Positions 24,581 through 37,510 are shown, counted from the first letter of the stretch. The stretch: DNA of 64,000 nt from Octopus sinensis (GCF_006345805.1 NC_043003.1:58342001-58406000); one strand, 5' to 3'. Made by a program: numbers and translations. Notes: generated from the sequence alone by a model not told the origin.

Positions 24581-25935
24581 GAAAATAAACACATTGAAAC
24601 AAAAATTTGTTGAAGCTTGGAAATTCTATGAGATTTTATAATGGAATCATTTTCGGAAAGAACGCGGTGAACATCAGCTTCAGATGCTTCTGTAATGTCG
24701 AAGGAGAATTTTGGGTGAAATGTTCTTTCTAGAAGAAAGGAAACACAGCAATGCGAAAACTGTAGTGAATCTCGATCAGTCGTGTAGGCATCGCTGGTGG
24801 TTGCTGATGCATCGGCGGCATGTTCCGAAATCCCTTCGGTGGAACGTGAGTCACCTCTGTGTTTAGCCCCTTGTGGGTAGTAAAGGAATAGGTATTTCGT
24901 CTGCCGTTACGTTCTGAGTCCAAATTCCGCCATTGTCGACTTTGCTTTTCATCCTTTCGGGGTCGATTAAATAAGTACCAGTTACGCACTGGGGTCGATG
25001 TAATCGACTTAATCCCTTTGTCTGTCCTTGTTTGTCCCCTCTATGTATAGCCCTATGTGGGCAATAAAGAAATAAATATAATAATATTAGAGAATAAATA
25101 ATTGGTATCAAAATGTGCGCTTTGTTCGACGTGCTAATGATTCTGCTCTCTCCCTCCCTTCCCACCTCCCTTCTCCGTCTCCTTCTCTCTCCTTCCCCCT
25201 CCATCTCCCCGTCTCCCCCCAAGTGGAAATGTTGAAGAATATATGATCTTCTATTTCAGGAGAGGGGCTATAGAGAATTATATAGAAAGTTCCTTTAATA
25301 GTCAGGACCTGATAGACTTGACTTGTATTTCAGAGTGGCCTCCGCCGGCGGCTGCTCGGGTACTGAAGAAAGGAACCTCTATCATATAATGGACTCCTTC
25401 TCAAAGGAAGAGTACAGATCTTGTTTATGGGCCCCCAACCTGCGGCTGCTGGAATGCCTGCAGGAAGCAAGAAAGTTTATTAGGGACTCATTTGTGTAAT
25501 ATGTTTATCGTCTTATTAAATTGCTTATAATTGTAATGGACTTTTTAGTCCATAAAGTGTAATAAAATTGTAAGAGGTTTAATACCTCATTCAGTATTTT
25601 TAAAGAAGAACAATGTTTTAGAGAAGCAAAAGTCGGCGGGCGCTTTTCGTCTTCTTCTCCCATTCTTATCATCCTTGTATCATTATCATTCATCTCATTA
25701 ACGTCCGTGTCCAGCCCGCGCAAGCTTCCTTACTCAATGTACTGCCTTTATGGCAAATTTGATAAAATAATGTAGTAAGTTAACAGGTTGCGATATGGAC
25801 ACAGGAATTAAGTGTGGACAGACAACACTGGATCAAAAGAGATAAAAGACTGAAAAGAGAGAGAGAGAGGGAGGGGGAGAGAAAGAGAGAGAGAGAGACA
25901 CACACACACAGACAGACTGAGGGGGGAAGGTGGAG

Positions 25936-25982
<47 letters not shown>

Positions 25983-26106
25983 CAACAAACTGAGGAACAT
26001 TCGTGAAGTAAAATTATGTAGCAACACCAAATGGCGGTGCCCCAGCATGGCCACAGCTCGTGAGCTGAAAGTAGATAAAATATAAAAAAAATTAAATATA
26101 AATATA

Positions 26107-26327
26107 AATACTCTTTAATCTTTTACTTGTTTCAGTCATTTGACTGTGGCCATGCTGGAGCACCGCCTTTAGACGAGCACATCGACCTCAGGACTTATTC
26201 TTTGTAAGCCTAGTACTTATTCTATCGGTCTCTTTTGCCGAACGGCTGTGTTACAGGGACGTAAACACACCAGCATCGGTTGTCAAGCGATGTTGGGGGG
26301 GGGGGCAAACACAGACACAAACATACA

Positions 26328-26389
<62 letters not shown>

Positions 26390-26546
26390 CATACGACGGG
26401 CTTCTTTCAGTTTCCGCCTACCAAATCCACTCACAAGGCTTTGGCCGGCCCGATGCTATAGTAGAAGACAGTTGCCCAAGTGGGACTGAACCCGGAACCA
26501 TGTGGTTGGTAAGCAAGCTACTTACCACACAGCCACTCCTACGCCT
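26107..26546 (-). mobile_element. SINE family A, full length
   Basis: Tail tactctttaatcttttacttgtttcagtc to head ...cagccactcctacgcct. Confidence 0.92.
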
Positions 26547-26673
26547 TGAAGATTGAAGATTTTCGATTTTGTACATTTTATAAAATTCAGGTAAATTGTT
26601 ACTGTTTAGTGAATGATCCCCTGCCCCTATTTCATAAGCTTCACATATTTGTGCTGGTTTTTTAAAAAACAAA

Positions 26674-26962
26674 GCTGGCATTCTGTCGGTTACGATGATG
26701 AGGATTCCAACTGACCTAATCAACGGAGAGCAGCCTGCTCGTGAAATTAACGTGCAAGTGGCTGAGTACACCATAGACATACTCTTAGCGCAAATTTCTG
26801 GGAGAGTCAGCGTGACACAGAATATGCAAAGGCTGGCCTTTTGAAACACTGAGTGGACTAGATCAACGTGAAATGAAGTGTCTTGCTCAAGGACACAACG
26901 CGCTGCCGGGAATCGAACTCATGAGCCGAGCCGAATACCTTAACCACTAAGCTACGTGCCTT
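26674..26962 (-). mobile_element. SINE family C; duplicate at ~28101-28389
   Basis: ctcgtgaaattaacgtgcaagtggctgag body; gtgtcttgctcaaggacacaacgcg...ccactaagc head in reverse. Confidence 0.85.
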
Positions 26963-27035
26963 TTATCAGGTTTACTTCATGGATGGCAGGGAGGCATAGA
27001 CCCATCAATGATGTACCAATACCACTGGTTGATTA

Positions 27036-27445
27036 AGGCGGCGAGCTGGCAGAAGCGTTAGCACGCCGGGCGAAATGCTTAGCAGTATTTCGTCTGCCGT
27101 TATGCTCTGAGTTCAAATTCTGCCGAGGTCGACTTTGCCTTTCATCCTTTCGGGGTCGATTAAATAAGTACCAGTTACGCACTGGGGTCGATATAATCGA
27201 CTTAATCCGTTTGTCTGTCCTTGTGTTGTCCTCTCTGTGTTTAGCCCCTTGTGGGTAGTAAAGAAATAGGTATATATTCTGTCTTTATGTTCTGAGTTCA
27301 AATGACGCCGAGGTCGACTTTGCCTTTCATCCTTTCGGGGTCGATAAATTAAGTACCAGTTGCGTACTGGGGTAGATCTAATCAACTGGTCCATCCCCTC
27401 TCGCAAAAAAAAAAAAATTCGGCCCTTGTGTCTAGAGTACAAGAG
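27036..27445 (+). mobile_element. SINE family B dimer; duplicate at ~28463-28872
   Basis: ggcggcgagctggcagaagcgttagcacgccgggcg head followed by two body units. Confidence 0.9.
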
Positions 27446-29199
27446 AATATCACTGGTTGATTGCAGTTGTACAAAGTCGGGAATTTACTGGACATACTTC
27501 ACCAAAATCACATATATTTCAGTATCTTCAAATATGTTTTAGAAGGTCCCGTGGTGTAGCCAGAGTGGGTATCGTCCGGAGAAGCCTTTGATTCTGTCCC
27601 CATTCTGAGCCCCTCAAGACTATACAAGCTTATGCAGCATATCCCCAGCATGTTTTAAAGTCTGTTGCTTATTTTGTCAGTCTCCTTTTGCCAAACTGCT
27701 TTGTTACGGGAACATAAACAAACCGTCGCTGGTTGTAAAGCGGGGGGGGGGGGTAGAGCAAACTCAAAGACATGAACACACACACACACACACACAACAC
27801 ACACACACATATATTACATACGACGGGCTTCTTTCAGTTTCCGCCTACCAAATCCACTCACAAGGCTTTGGCCGGCCCGATGCTATAGTAGAAGACAGTT
27901 GCCCAAGTGGGACTGAACCCGGAACCATGTGGTTGGTAAGCAAGCTACTTACCACACAGCCACTCCTACGCCTTGAAGATTGAAGATTTTCGATTTTGTA
28001 CATTTTATAAAATTCAGGTAAATTGTTACTGTTTAGTGAATGATCCCCTGCCCCTATTTCATAAGCTTCACATATTTGTGCTGGTTTTTTAAAAAACAAA
28101 GCTGGCATTCTGTCGGTTACGATGATGAGGATTCCAACTGACCTAATCAACGGAGAGCAGCCTGCTCGTGAAATTAACGTGCAAGTGGCTGAGTACACCA
28201 TAGACATACTCTTAGCGCAAATTTCTGGGAGAGTCAGCGTGACACAGAATATGCAAAGGCTGGCCTTTTGAAACACTGAGTGGACTAGATCAACGTGAAA
28301 TGAAGTGTCTTGCTCAAGGACACAACGCGCTGCCGGGAATCGAACTCATGAGCCGAGCCGAATACCTTAACCACTAAGCTACGTGCCTTTTATCAGGTTT
28401 ACTTCATCGATGGCAGGGAGGCATAGACCCATCAATGATGTACCAATACCACTGGTTGATTAAGGCGGCGAGCTGGCAGAAGCGTTAGCACGCCGGGCGA
28501 AATTCTTAGCAGTATTTCGTCTGCCGTTATGCTCTGAGTTCAAATTCTGCCGAGGTCGACTTTGCCTTTCATCCTTTCGGGGTCGATAAATAAGTACCAG
28601 TTACGCACTGGGGTCGATATAATCGACTTAATCCGTTTGTCTGTCCTTGTGTTGTCCTCTCTGTGTTTAGCCCCTTGTGGGTAGTAAAGAAATAGGTATT
28701 ATTCTGTCTTTATGTTCTGAGTTCAAATGACGCCGAGGTCGACTTTGCCTTTCATCCTTTCGGGGTCGATAAATTAAGTACCAGTTGCGTACTGGGGTAG
28801 ATCTAATCAACTGGTCCATCCCCTCTCGCAAAAAAAAAAAATTCGGCCCTTGTGTCTAGAGTAGAAGAGAATATCACTGGTTGATTGCAGTTGTACAAAG
28901 TCGGGAATTTACTGGACATACTTCACCAAAATCACATATATTTCAGTATCTTCAAATATGTTTTAGAAGGTCCCGTGGTGTAGCCAGAGTGGGTATCGTC
29001 CGGAGAAGCCTTTGATTCTGTCCCCATTCTGAGCCCCTCAAGACTATACAAGCTTATGCAGCATATCCCCAGCATGTTTTAAAGTCTGTTGCTTATTTTG
29101 TCAGTCTCCTTTTGCCAAACTGCTTTGTTACGGGAACATAAACAAACCGTCGCTGGTTGTAAAGCGGGGGGGGGGGGTAGAGCAAACTCAAAGACATGA

Positions 29200-29244
<45 letters not shown>

Positions 29245-29456
29245 GACGCATACACACACACTTATAAACAAACGCACACACATATATATACACAGACGCA
29301 CACGATGGGCTTCCATACAGTTTCCGTTCACCAAATTCACTCGCAAGGCATTGGACAGCCCAGATACTTGCCCAGGGCAGTGCGCAGTGGGACAGGGCCA
29401 GCCCCAGCCCCAAGCTACGTGATTGCAAAGCAAGCTTCTTAAGCGTACATACATCA

Positions 29457-30012
29457 CTTTGGGTCAGTTTGTGAATGAAAATAAACTTCGTTTTGAAGAC
29501 GACCAGAAGTATGCCTACCACAGCTACATGGACAGCATGCAAAATAGCTAAGTAGGGTCATTTTCCATGCAAGACATTGTTTAAAAACCTGTTAGCAAAA
29601 ATTTGCCAAAGATAGAATGTTACTTTTGTCCCTTCAAATAGCATTACAGCAACTCGTTTGGTTGAAGGCAGATCTGTATATGCTATGCTTTGCGACAAGA
29701 CATTACATTACATGAACAGCCTTTGCGCAGCATCGACGAGAATTTACCTAAGGGATGGCTCCTACAAAGATGCGATTTGATCATTTGCGATGAAGTAACC
29801 AAGAGTTTATAAATGAATAGTTAAAACATTGGATCGAGGAATGCATATTCTGAGAGACAACACAAATCTAATGGGAAAACCTGACGTCATTTTTGTTGGT
29901 TAATTTCTGACAAACTCCTCCTGTAATCTTCCGAAGGAACCGAGCTGATCAAATATCAATATCTGTATGAAAACTTCGTATCTCTGGCCTCATGTTCAAT
30001 GTTTGAATATTG
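29457..30012 (+). mobile_element. Helitron RepHel PIF1-helicase relic
   Basis: KTLFKNLLAKI, SNSITATRLVEGRSVYA, LLQRCDLIICDEV, TLDRGMHILRD, RNRADQISI..KTSYLWPHV correspond to the PIF1 helicase motifs of Helitrons; stops and frameshifts. Confidence 0.75.
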
Positions 30013-30018
30013 ACGGAA

Positions 30019-30335
30019 GGAGCATTTCGTCGGTTGCGACGACGAGGGTCCCAGCTGATACGATCAACGGAACAGCTTGCTCGTGAAATTAACGTGTAAG
30101 TGGCTGAACACTCCACAAACACGCGTACCCTTAACGTAGTTCTCGGGGAGATTCAGCGTGACACAGCGTGTGACAGGGCTGGCCCTTTGGAATACAGGTA
30201 CTATTCCTTTTTGCCAGCTGAGTGGACTGCGGCAACGTGAAATAAAGTGTCTTGCTCAAGGACACAACGCGCCGCTGGGAATTGAACTCACGATCATAAG
30301 CCGAATACCCCTAACCACTAAGCCACGCACCTTAC
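30019..30335 (-). mobile_element. SINE family C, full length
   Basis: Reverse complement of the element at 53021-53345. Confidence 0.88.
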
Positions 30336-30702
30336 CACTAAAACGCGAGTGCGTTTCTCTGATGATAATGATATTGGTGAATTCCTCCCCTAAATATCTT
30401 TATTTGGCCACTCAGGGCCTAACATAGAGAGGACAAACAAGGACAGACAAAGTGGGGAAGAAAAAGAGAAAATGAATGAAAAAGTTGGAAGTAAAAATGA
30501 AATGAACGCTACTCGACCCCCACGACCGAGTAGTTCCATTGATGCTTTTCCTACCCCCTTTTTCCCTTCTAATACATCATCTGCACTGTCAAAATACTAT
30601 AATAACAATTACAGTTCGATGTTGGATCCACAATTACATGCTCTTTTTTTCTTTTTTGTATACAATTGCAAAACATCACTTATGCCGTTAAAATATTACT
30701 GT

Positions 30703-31205
30703 GATAGGATCTTTTCCGTTTCAACGGCAGATCGAGAAATTAACTTTTTTGTAACTAAACAGTTTTGAAACTTCGGACACTAGAAGAATGTGTCATATAA
30801 AACATCTTTTACTCTTAGCGTTGTTGAGAAAAGTTTGTATTTACGAAGTTATTTCGTGTTAAAGTTGTATTTCGGTAATTTCAACCAATCAATGACGTGT
30901 ATTCAGCTGAATAAAATTACTGCCGTTGTTTGTCAACATCAACTATCGGCGGTGCATATTTCGTTTGTCACTATTATTTATGGCATCGTTCGTACGTTTG
31001 TACTGGTTTTAACTTTAGGGTTTTAGGGTTAGGGTTAGGGTTGGACTTTTAGGGCTGGGGTTTTAGGGTTAGAGTTACGGAAAAAAGTGAAAAATGAAGA
31101 AGTTGGAGGAGGTGGGGGCAAAAAGTCTTTCCGAAAATAGTAGCTGAAAAACAGGAAAAAAAACCCCCTAAAGCAGTAGAAATGCATGAACGATTATGGT
31201 GGTGC
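30703..31205. mobile_element. Probable non-autonomous DNA element carrying TTAGGG-like repeats, truncated at the gap
   Basis: Starts ggatcttttccgtttcaacggca; degenerate (T)TTAGGG units at ~31013-31075. Confidence 0.4.
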
Positions 31206-31305
31206 NNNNNNNNNNNNNNNNNNNNNNNNNNNNNNNNNNNNNNNNNNNNNNNNNNNNNNNNNNNNNNNNNNNNNNNNNNNNNNNNNNNNNNNNNNNNNNN
31301 NNNNN
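31206..31305. other. Assembly gap (100 N)
   Basis: Run of exactly 100 N. Confidence 1.
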
Positions 31306-31489
31306 TCGACTAGTGGGAACGAATCAAATTGAGCTGGCGTGTATGGAGTGAAAGCCTTGAGGCAGGAGTATAGGAGATGACCATAAAAAATGTTGGCGGT
31401 CGGCAACATTTAAATATATATGAGGTAACATATATATATATATATATATATACACCACACACACAAACACACACACACAAATGTGACCG

Positions 31490-31680
31490 CGTGTGTACCG
31501 TTGGCGATTTTTTTTCTCTGTCTTCCCTTCTCTGGATCTCTCCTTCTCCTATGTTTCCGACGAAGAGCTCCGCTCGAAACGTTAAACCCTCCTTCTTTCC
31601 TGAGCGTCCAATAATACTATATTTGTTCCACGTCCTCGCGTTGTTGTGTTTTTTTGTGCTTTCTTGTTTGGATTAACTAT
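31490..31680 (+). mobile_element. Penelope-like terminal repeat fragment
   Basis: Pyrimidine-rich flanks around the hammerhead-like motif, similar to 3670-3835. Confidence 0.45.
31553..31587 (+). ncRNA. Degenerate hammerhead ribozyme motif, same family (core U4>C)
   Basis: GTTT-CCGACGA-A-GAGC(TCC)GCTC-GAAAC-GTT-AAAC; stems I and II pair, core mutated. Confidence 0.55.
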
Positions 31681-32099
31681 ATATATACAGATATATGTAT
31701 GTATGTATATATATATACTTAAATTAAATTTAGAGATATTCAATTGACAATATATATATATATTCTTATTTGGTAATGAAGATTTATGATCAATGAAGAA
31801 GGAAAAGGAGACGAAGGAGGAAGAGGAAGGGGAGGAGGAGGGGATAGAAGGTAGCGTTAGGGGGAGAAAGAAGGGGAGATGAAGAAGTAGGTGGGGTGGT
31901 GGAGGAGGCGGAGGAAGAGAAGAGGGAGGCGGAGCGGGGCGGAGGAGGAGGAGGAAGGCATTGAGGGAGAATGGGAGAATAGGAGGAAGAGGAGGAGAGG
32001 GAGGATCAGGAGGAAGAGAGGGAAGGGGACGAGGAGAGGGAGGAGGAAGAAGTGACGGAGGAGGCAGAAGAGGCGGAGGGGGACGAGAAGACTACTACA

Positions 32100-32915
32100 A
32101 CGCAAGGAGAATACGACTACTACTACTACTACTACTACTACTACAGACACCTACACAAATTTGATTTTACGTGTCGTATGTCCTGCTATTACTACGAAAC
32201 CAAAATCAAAGCCACTGTCTCCATCACCAATGCCCCCACCACCATCACTATTTCCACTACTACCACCGCCAACACCACAACCATTAACATAGCTGCCATG
32301 TCCACTCACACTACCCCCCACTATTACTAATACTATTACAAATACTATTACCATCACCATCAACGCCACTGCTTCCACCACCGCCACCTCTATAAAAGGC
32401 CACACCGCACACATACACACCACTTCCACATTTCTCCACACCATCATCATCACCACCACACCACCATCGCTACTAAGAATGTCACCATCACCACCGCCGC
32501 TACAGCTACCAAGATCACCGCCTCCACCACTACCATCACTGCTAACATACAACCATCAACACCACCACTGCTACTAAAGCACCATCAACACCACCACCAC
32601 CACCACCACCATCGCTACCTAGACCACCGCTAGCACCACTACCATCAGTACTAAGACTGCTGCTACCACCACCACCGCTACCAAGACCACGTCTCACACA
32701 GACACTAGCATCACCACCGCCTCCTCTCCTCCACTCCATCACCACCACCACTGCTACAAAGACCACCATCGGCACCACTACCATCAACACTAAGACCACT
32801 GCCACCATCACTACCGTCACCACCACCACCACTACCGCTACCAAGACCACGTCTCACACAGACACCAGCATCACCACCGCCTCCTCTCCTCCACTCCATC
32901 ACCACCACCACCCGC
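32100..32915. repeat. Cryptic (ACC/ACT)n low-complexity tract with an ~80-bp internal duplication
   Basis: accaagaccacgtctcacacagacac...cctcctctcctccactccatc occurs at ~32680 and ~32840. Confidence 0.9.
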
Positions 32916-33039
32916 ACTTCTCTCAACACTTTATACCCTGCTACCCGTTAAACCACTCCGCCATACGCTGGTAACATTGTCGTGTTATTGACACCCATTG
33001 TACTAAATGTGATGCCTCCATATATCGATCTTAGCTCCA

Positions 33040-33778
33040 TCGCTATCGCAGCTACCGCACTTGGTGCTGTCGTCTCTGTCGCTGTTGTTGATGTCGTTGC
33101 TATTACAGACTTCGTTGCTGCAATTGGTGCCGTTGCTATTGCTGCGACTGTTGCTATTGTTGCTGTTGCGCTTATAATTGCTGCTGATACTGTTGTTGTA
33201 GTTGTTGCTGTTGTCGTTGTTGCTATCGCTGTTACTGCTCTTGTTGCTGTTGTCGCTATTACAGACTTTGTCGTTGCTATTGCTGCGACTTTTGCTATTG
33301 TTGTTGCTGTTGCGCTTATAATTGCTGTTGATACTGTTGCTGTTGATATCGTTGTTGCAATCGATGTTGCTGCTCTTGTTATTGCCATTGCTATTGGTGC
33401 CGTTGCTATTGCTGCGACTGTTGCTATTGTCGTTGCTGTTACACTTGTAACTGCTGCTGATACTGTTGTTGTTGTTGTTGTTGTTGCTATAATCACTGTT
33501 ATAACCGCTATTATTGTTGTTGTTACTATTGATGCTATTGTTCATGTTGTCGCTGTTCCTTCTGCTGTTGCTGTTGTCGTTGTTGCTATTGCTGTTGCTA
33601 AAGCTGCTGTAGTTGTTACTGTCGCAACCTCTACTGTTGCTGTTGTTGCTATTGATATTGCTGCTGTCAATGTTGTTATTGGTGCTGCTGTTGCCTTTGC
33701 TGTTGTCGCCACTGTTGCTGCTGTTGTTGTTATTGTTGCAGCTATTGTTGTTATAACTGTTGCTGTTGCTGCTGTTGA
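33040..33778. repeat. Cryptic triplet-periodic (GTT/GCT/ATT)n tract with internal higher-order repeats
   Basis: ggtgccgttgctattgctgcgactgttgctatt recurs at ~33127 and ~33396; long low-complexity ORFs on both strands. Confidence 0.9.
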
Positions 33779-34137
33779 GCGAAGCGGTCTTCGTCCCAGA
33801 ATGGGAGAAGTCCGAAACGTGGTCCTTTGCTATTCGTAAGACCCGCAGAAGAGAAAGCAGGTCAACCTCCGACACCGAGAGCATCGACGGATGGATGAAT
33901 GCGCATCCAGGCTCACCGGTTGCGTAGGAAGTCGGGGATAAGAAACAGGAAGAAAGAGTGAGAGAAAGTTGGAGCGCAAGAGTACAACAGGAGTCGCCAC
34001 CACCCCCTACCGGAGTCTCGTGGAGCTTTAGGTGTTTTCGCTCAATAAACACACACAACGCCCGGTCTGGGAATCGAAACCGCGATCCTCCGACCGCGAG
34101 TCCGCTGCCCTAACCATTGGGCCATTGCGCCTCCACT
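33778..34137 (-). mobile_element. SINE family D variant, full length
   Basis: Minus-strand head ggaggcgcaatggcccaatggttagggcagcggactcgcgg...ggtttcgattccc. Confidence 0.82.
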
Positions 34138-35689
34138 GCTGTTGCTGTTGTCGTTGTTGCTACTGTAGTTGTTGTTGCTGCTACTGCTGCTGCTGCTGCT
34201 GTTGCCGTTGTTGCTGCTACTACTGCTGCTGCTGCTGTAATTAACAACGTTTTTGTTGTTATTGTTACTGTTGTGGCTGTTGTTGCTTTTGTCGTTATTA
34301 TGTAGCATAACGTCAACTTTGATCCAGTAGACCTAAAACGTTCCAGCCGTGGCCATCCAACTGTTTGTATATCAATCTGACTTTATTGTGTAATGATTCC
34401 TAACATTGGCACAAAGTCATTCGTTTTGCGAGGGTACAGAGGGTTGAGAGTAAGCTGTGATTCAGTCGTCCAAATCAGTTACCCTTCATTGATAGAATGA
34501 GACGATTGGACGTAGCTGTTTCGGCGCTAAGATTTGACACGGTTGACTGGACATTCAGCTTGTTTTGGCGACAGTACGTTTTGGCACTGAAGGCAAACAT
34601 ACACGATCGCACGAAGAAATATACGCACACACAGAAAGAGTGAGAGATAGAAAAGAGGAAAGAGAGAGAGATTAAAATTTATTAATTAAACACGATTGAC
34701 ATAGACTCTTCCCTCTCCTCATATATAAACATTATCACACTCGTAAACAGAGAGAGAAAGGGGGATGGGAGAGAGAGCAAGAGGAACATTAAAAAGTCGG
34801 ATGTCACATAAGTCAGCGTCGAATCAGCAACGCCAAATAAGAGCGCCAAAACAGCTATGCCAAAACGTCTCATACCTTCTCATTGACTGTAATTAAGTGT
34901 GCGTCTGTGTTTAAGTGTACGCGTGTAAATATGTTTGTGTGTGAGTGTGTGTATGTGCACGCGCGCGTGTGTGTGAACATTCATGTGTGCAGGTACTTCA
35001 AAAGAGAAAAGTTGAAATGAATTGGTCCTTATTTAGGACAAAGCTGAGAACTTCTAATAGCTTATCTATTCATCTTTAATACGCTTTAGCAGATTCGAAC
35101 GCAAATAGCTGATCGCTGCTGTTTTCATCATCAGGTAACACCTCCTTCCTTTAGACGATGTGAATACATAACCCAGGTGACTGAGTGGCGTAAAGGGACT
35201 TTGTGACACCGCAGTGTTTCGGCTTAATTGGTGCATCTCTTCAGTTAAATCCAACCAGACTAAAGCTCGAGATCCTGCTTATATGAATCAGCAAACAACC
35301 ATTTCCTGGCGTGTGTTAGTGCCTGTCAAGTAGATAAATAATTCATGGAAAGCTCACAGAAAAGAGATAATCCAAACAACTACGTTTCTATTGACTCTCA
35401 GTGCGTTCTGGCAGACTCGAACGTCAGTATCTTTCTAAATGTGTTTGTGTAGCTACAATACCCCTACATAGAAAAAAAAAAAACAATAAAATTTACCGAA
35501 GTATCGATGACATTTCAAAACCAACGAGACCTAAGAAAGGAAAAGACAGCTCCGAGTCAAGAACATTAGAGATAGACTCCTCTTTAGGGATCGAAAGGTT
35601 TAAGCAAGTAATTTTATCAATTTCGGAAGAATAAAAGATAAAATTGGCGCGAATGGGATTCGAAATCAGAAACTAAGCGTTTGAATTAT

Positions 35690-36030
35690 GTGAAGGCGAG
35701 TGGCTCAGTGGTTAGAGTGTCGGGCTCACAATCATAAGGCAGTGAGTTCGATTCCTGGATCAGGCTGTGTGTTTGTGTTCTTGAACAAGACATTTTATTT
35801 TACGTTGCTCCAGTTCACTCAGCTGTAGAAATGAGTTGCGACATCACTGGTGCTAAGCTGTTTCGGCCTTTGCCTTTCCCTTGGATGACATCAGTGGCGT
35901 GGAGAGGGGAGGCTGATATGCATGGGCGACTGCTGGTCTTCCATAAACAACCTTACCCGGGCTTGTGCCTCGGAGGGAAACTTTCTAGTTGCAATCCCAT
36001 AGTCATTCGGGAACAGAGGGGTTCTTTTAC
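35690..36030 (+). mobile_element. SINE family C variant, full length
   Basis: gaaggcgagtggctcagtggttagag...gagttcgattcc head; ctggtgctaagctgtttcggcctttgcc body. Confidence 0.88.
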
Positions 36031-36238
36031 TGTTTGACGGACTGGTCTCCTCATATTGATCGTTGCAACATCAAGTTGAGAAGACCAATCCGCCTATTAT
36101 AAACAGTATGCATAATATAAATTTCTCACCTCAGAAATATAGAATGGTAACAAGCGTTTGAAGCCATGTTAGATTGATCAACTTGTATATTTTGTCTTTC
36201 AGGTTTCCTTTCACAGCCCTTTCATCTATGAGTATTGG

Positions 36239-36277
<39 letters not shown>

Positions 36278-36305
36278 TGTAATTATTCTGAATATTTTGT
36301 TTGAA

Positions 36306-36525
36306 TACTCTCTTTCTCTTTTGTTTGTTTCAGTCATTTTGACTGCGGCCATGCTGGAGCACTGCCTTTAGTCGAACAAATCGACTCCCACCCCAGGACT
36401 TATTCTTTGTAAGCCTAGTACTTATTCTATCGGTCTCTTTAGTCGAACCGCTAAGTTACAGGAACGCAAACGCACCAACATCGGTTGTCAGGCGATTGAG
36501 GGGAGGAACAAACACAGATACACAA

Positions 36526-36568
<43 letters not shown>

Positions 36569-36740
36569 CATATATACGACGGGCTTCTTTCAGTTTCCGT
36601 CTACCAAATCCACTCACAAGGCTTTGGTCGGCCCAAGACTATAGTAGAAGACACTTGCCCAAAGTATAACGCAGTGGAACTGAACTCAGAACCATGTGGT
36701 TTGGAAGCAAGGAACTTAAAACACAGCCACTCCTGCACCT
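36306..36740 (-). mobile_element. SINE family A, full length
   Basis: Reverse complement of the family A consensus. Confidence 0.92.
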
Positions 36741-37139
36741 ATGGATTTTTATTTTGCTTTTTTTTTTTTTTCATTTCTATTGACAGGAAATAATCATGCT
36801 TTCCTCCAGAACATTAGAAGTCGTAATCGGAAACAAAAGGTATATAGAGAAAATTAATAAGTTTGTTGCAGTGAAAAACGTAAAGTGTTAACATTTCCAC
36901 GAAATTTTAACATTTGCACAAGAACGCTCGCTTCACTTCCCATGAAAATTAATTCATTACGCTTAAATATATTGGGCCCCTCCTCTTCCCTTTAGAGGAA
37001 AGGAGAAAATCAGATAATGCGATAATAATGGGAATCCCTTTCCGCAAAACAATAGAAACGTTTCACTAAAGTGAAAAAACTTCGCCTGGGAAAAAGAAAC
37101 CCCGTCGCTATCTCGACTATGAGCTATTTCGCTTCTAAT

Positions 37140-37510
37140 AAATAACGGTTTCAAACTTTGGCACAAAGCCAGTAGTTTTTACAGGAAGGGGTCTAGTTCG
37201 ATTATATCGACCCCAAAGCTCAATAGGTACTTAATTTATCGACAACGAAGGGATGAAATCGACTTCGCCGGCATTTGAATACAGAATGAAAACAGTCAGT
37301 GGAAATACCGCTAAGCATGTTGCCCGACGCATTAACGATTCTGCCAGCTCATCATCCTAAAAATGATTTTTTCTAATTTTGACACAAGGCCGGCAATTTT
37401 AAGGGGAGGGGTAATTGATTACATCAAGCCAAATGTTCAACTGGTACATTTTTTTTATCGATTCCGAAAGAATGAAAGGCGAAATCGACTTCGGCTTAAT
37501 AGCAGCATTT
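37140..37510 (-). mobile_element. Two degenerate SINE family B copies
   Basis: ttatatcgacccc...ggatgaaa and ttatcgattccgaaagaatgaaaggc. Confidence 0.7.

Larger units (their letters stand above)
22218..25225. repeat. Inverted duplication, arms 22218-22586 and 24854-25225
   Basis: The ORF track shows the same peptide on opposite strands (22188..22520 + and 24863..25222 -). The arms share non-SINE sequence (agcacgtcgaacaaagcgcacattttgatacc). Confidence 0.92.
26394..29240 (+). repeat. Near-identical tandem duplication, period 1427 bp (26394-27820 and 27821-~29240)
   Basis: Identical ORF-track peptides at 26418..26849 and 27845..28276; a few substitutions and indels between copies. Confidence 0.95.

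Noticed and set aside
25260-25760. Non-microsatellite stretch that might be coding
   Set aside because: All frames are interrupted and no motif was recognised; possibly an old retroelement fragment, but unsupported.
26418-28276. Two identical 143-aa ORFs suggesting duplicated genes
   Set aside because: Read through SINE-C and SINE-A sequence within the 1427-bp tandem duplication.
31013-31075. Telomeric TTAGGG repeats next to the gap
   Set aside because: Only a few degenerate units embedded in a dispersed repeat, with ~130 bp of other sequence before the gap; not evidence of a chromosome end or fusion.
32982-33839. 285-aa very hydrophobic ORF resembling a membrane protein
   Set aside because: Reverse reading of a GCA/ACA triplet tract that runs into a SINE; no helix-loop organisation or splice signals.
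35091-35132. 42-nt micro-exon candidate (IRTQIADRCCFHHQ, then GTAACA)
   Set aside because: Weak donor, no recognisable homology, and the TRPN-like ORF has its own in-frame upstream stop.
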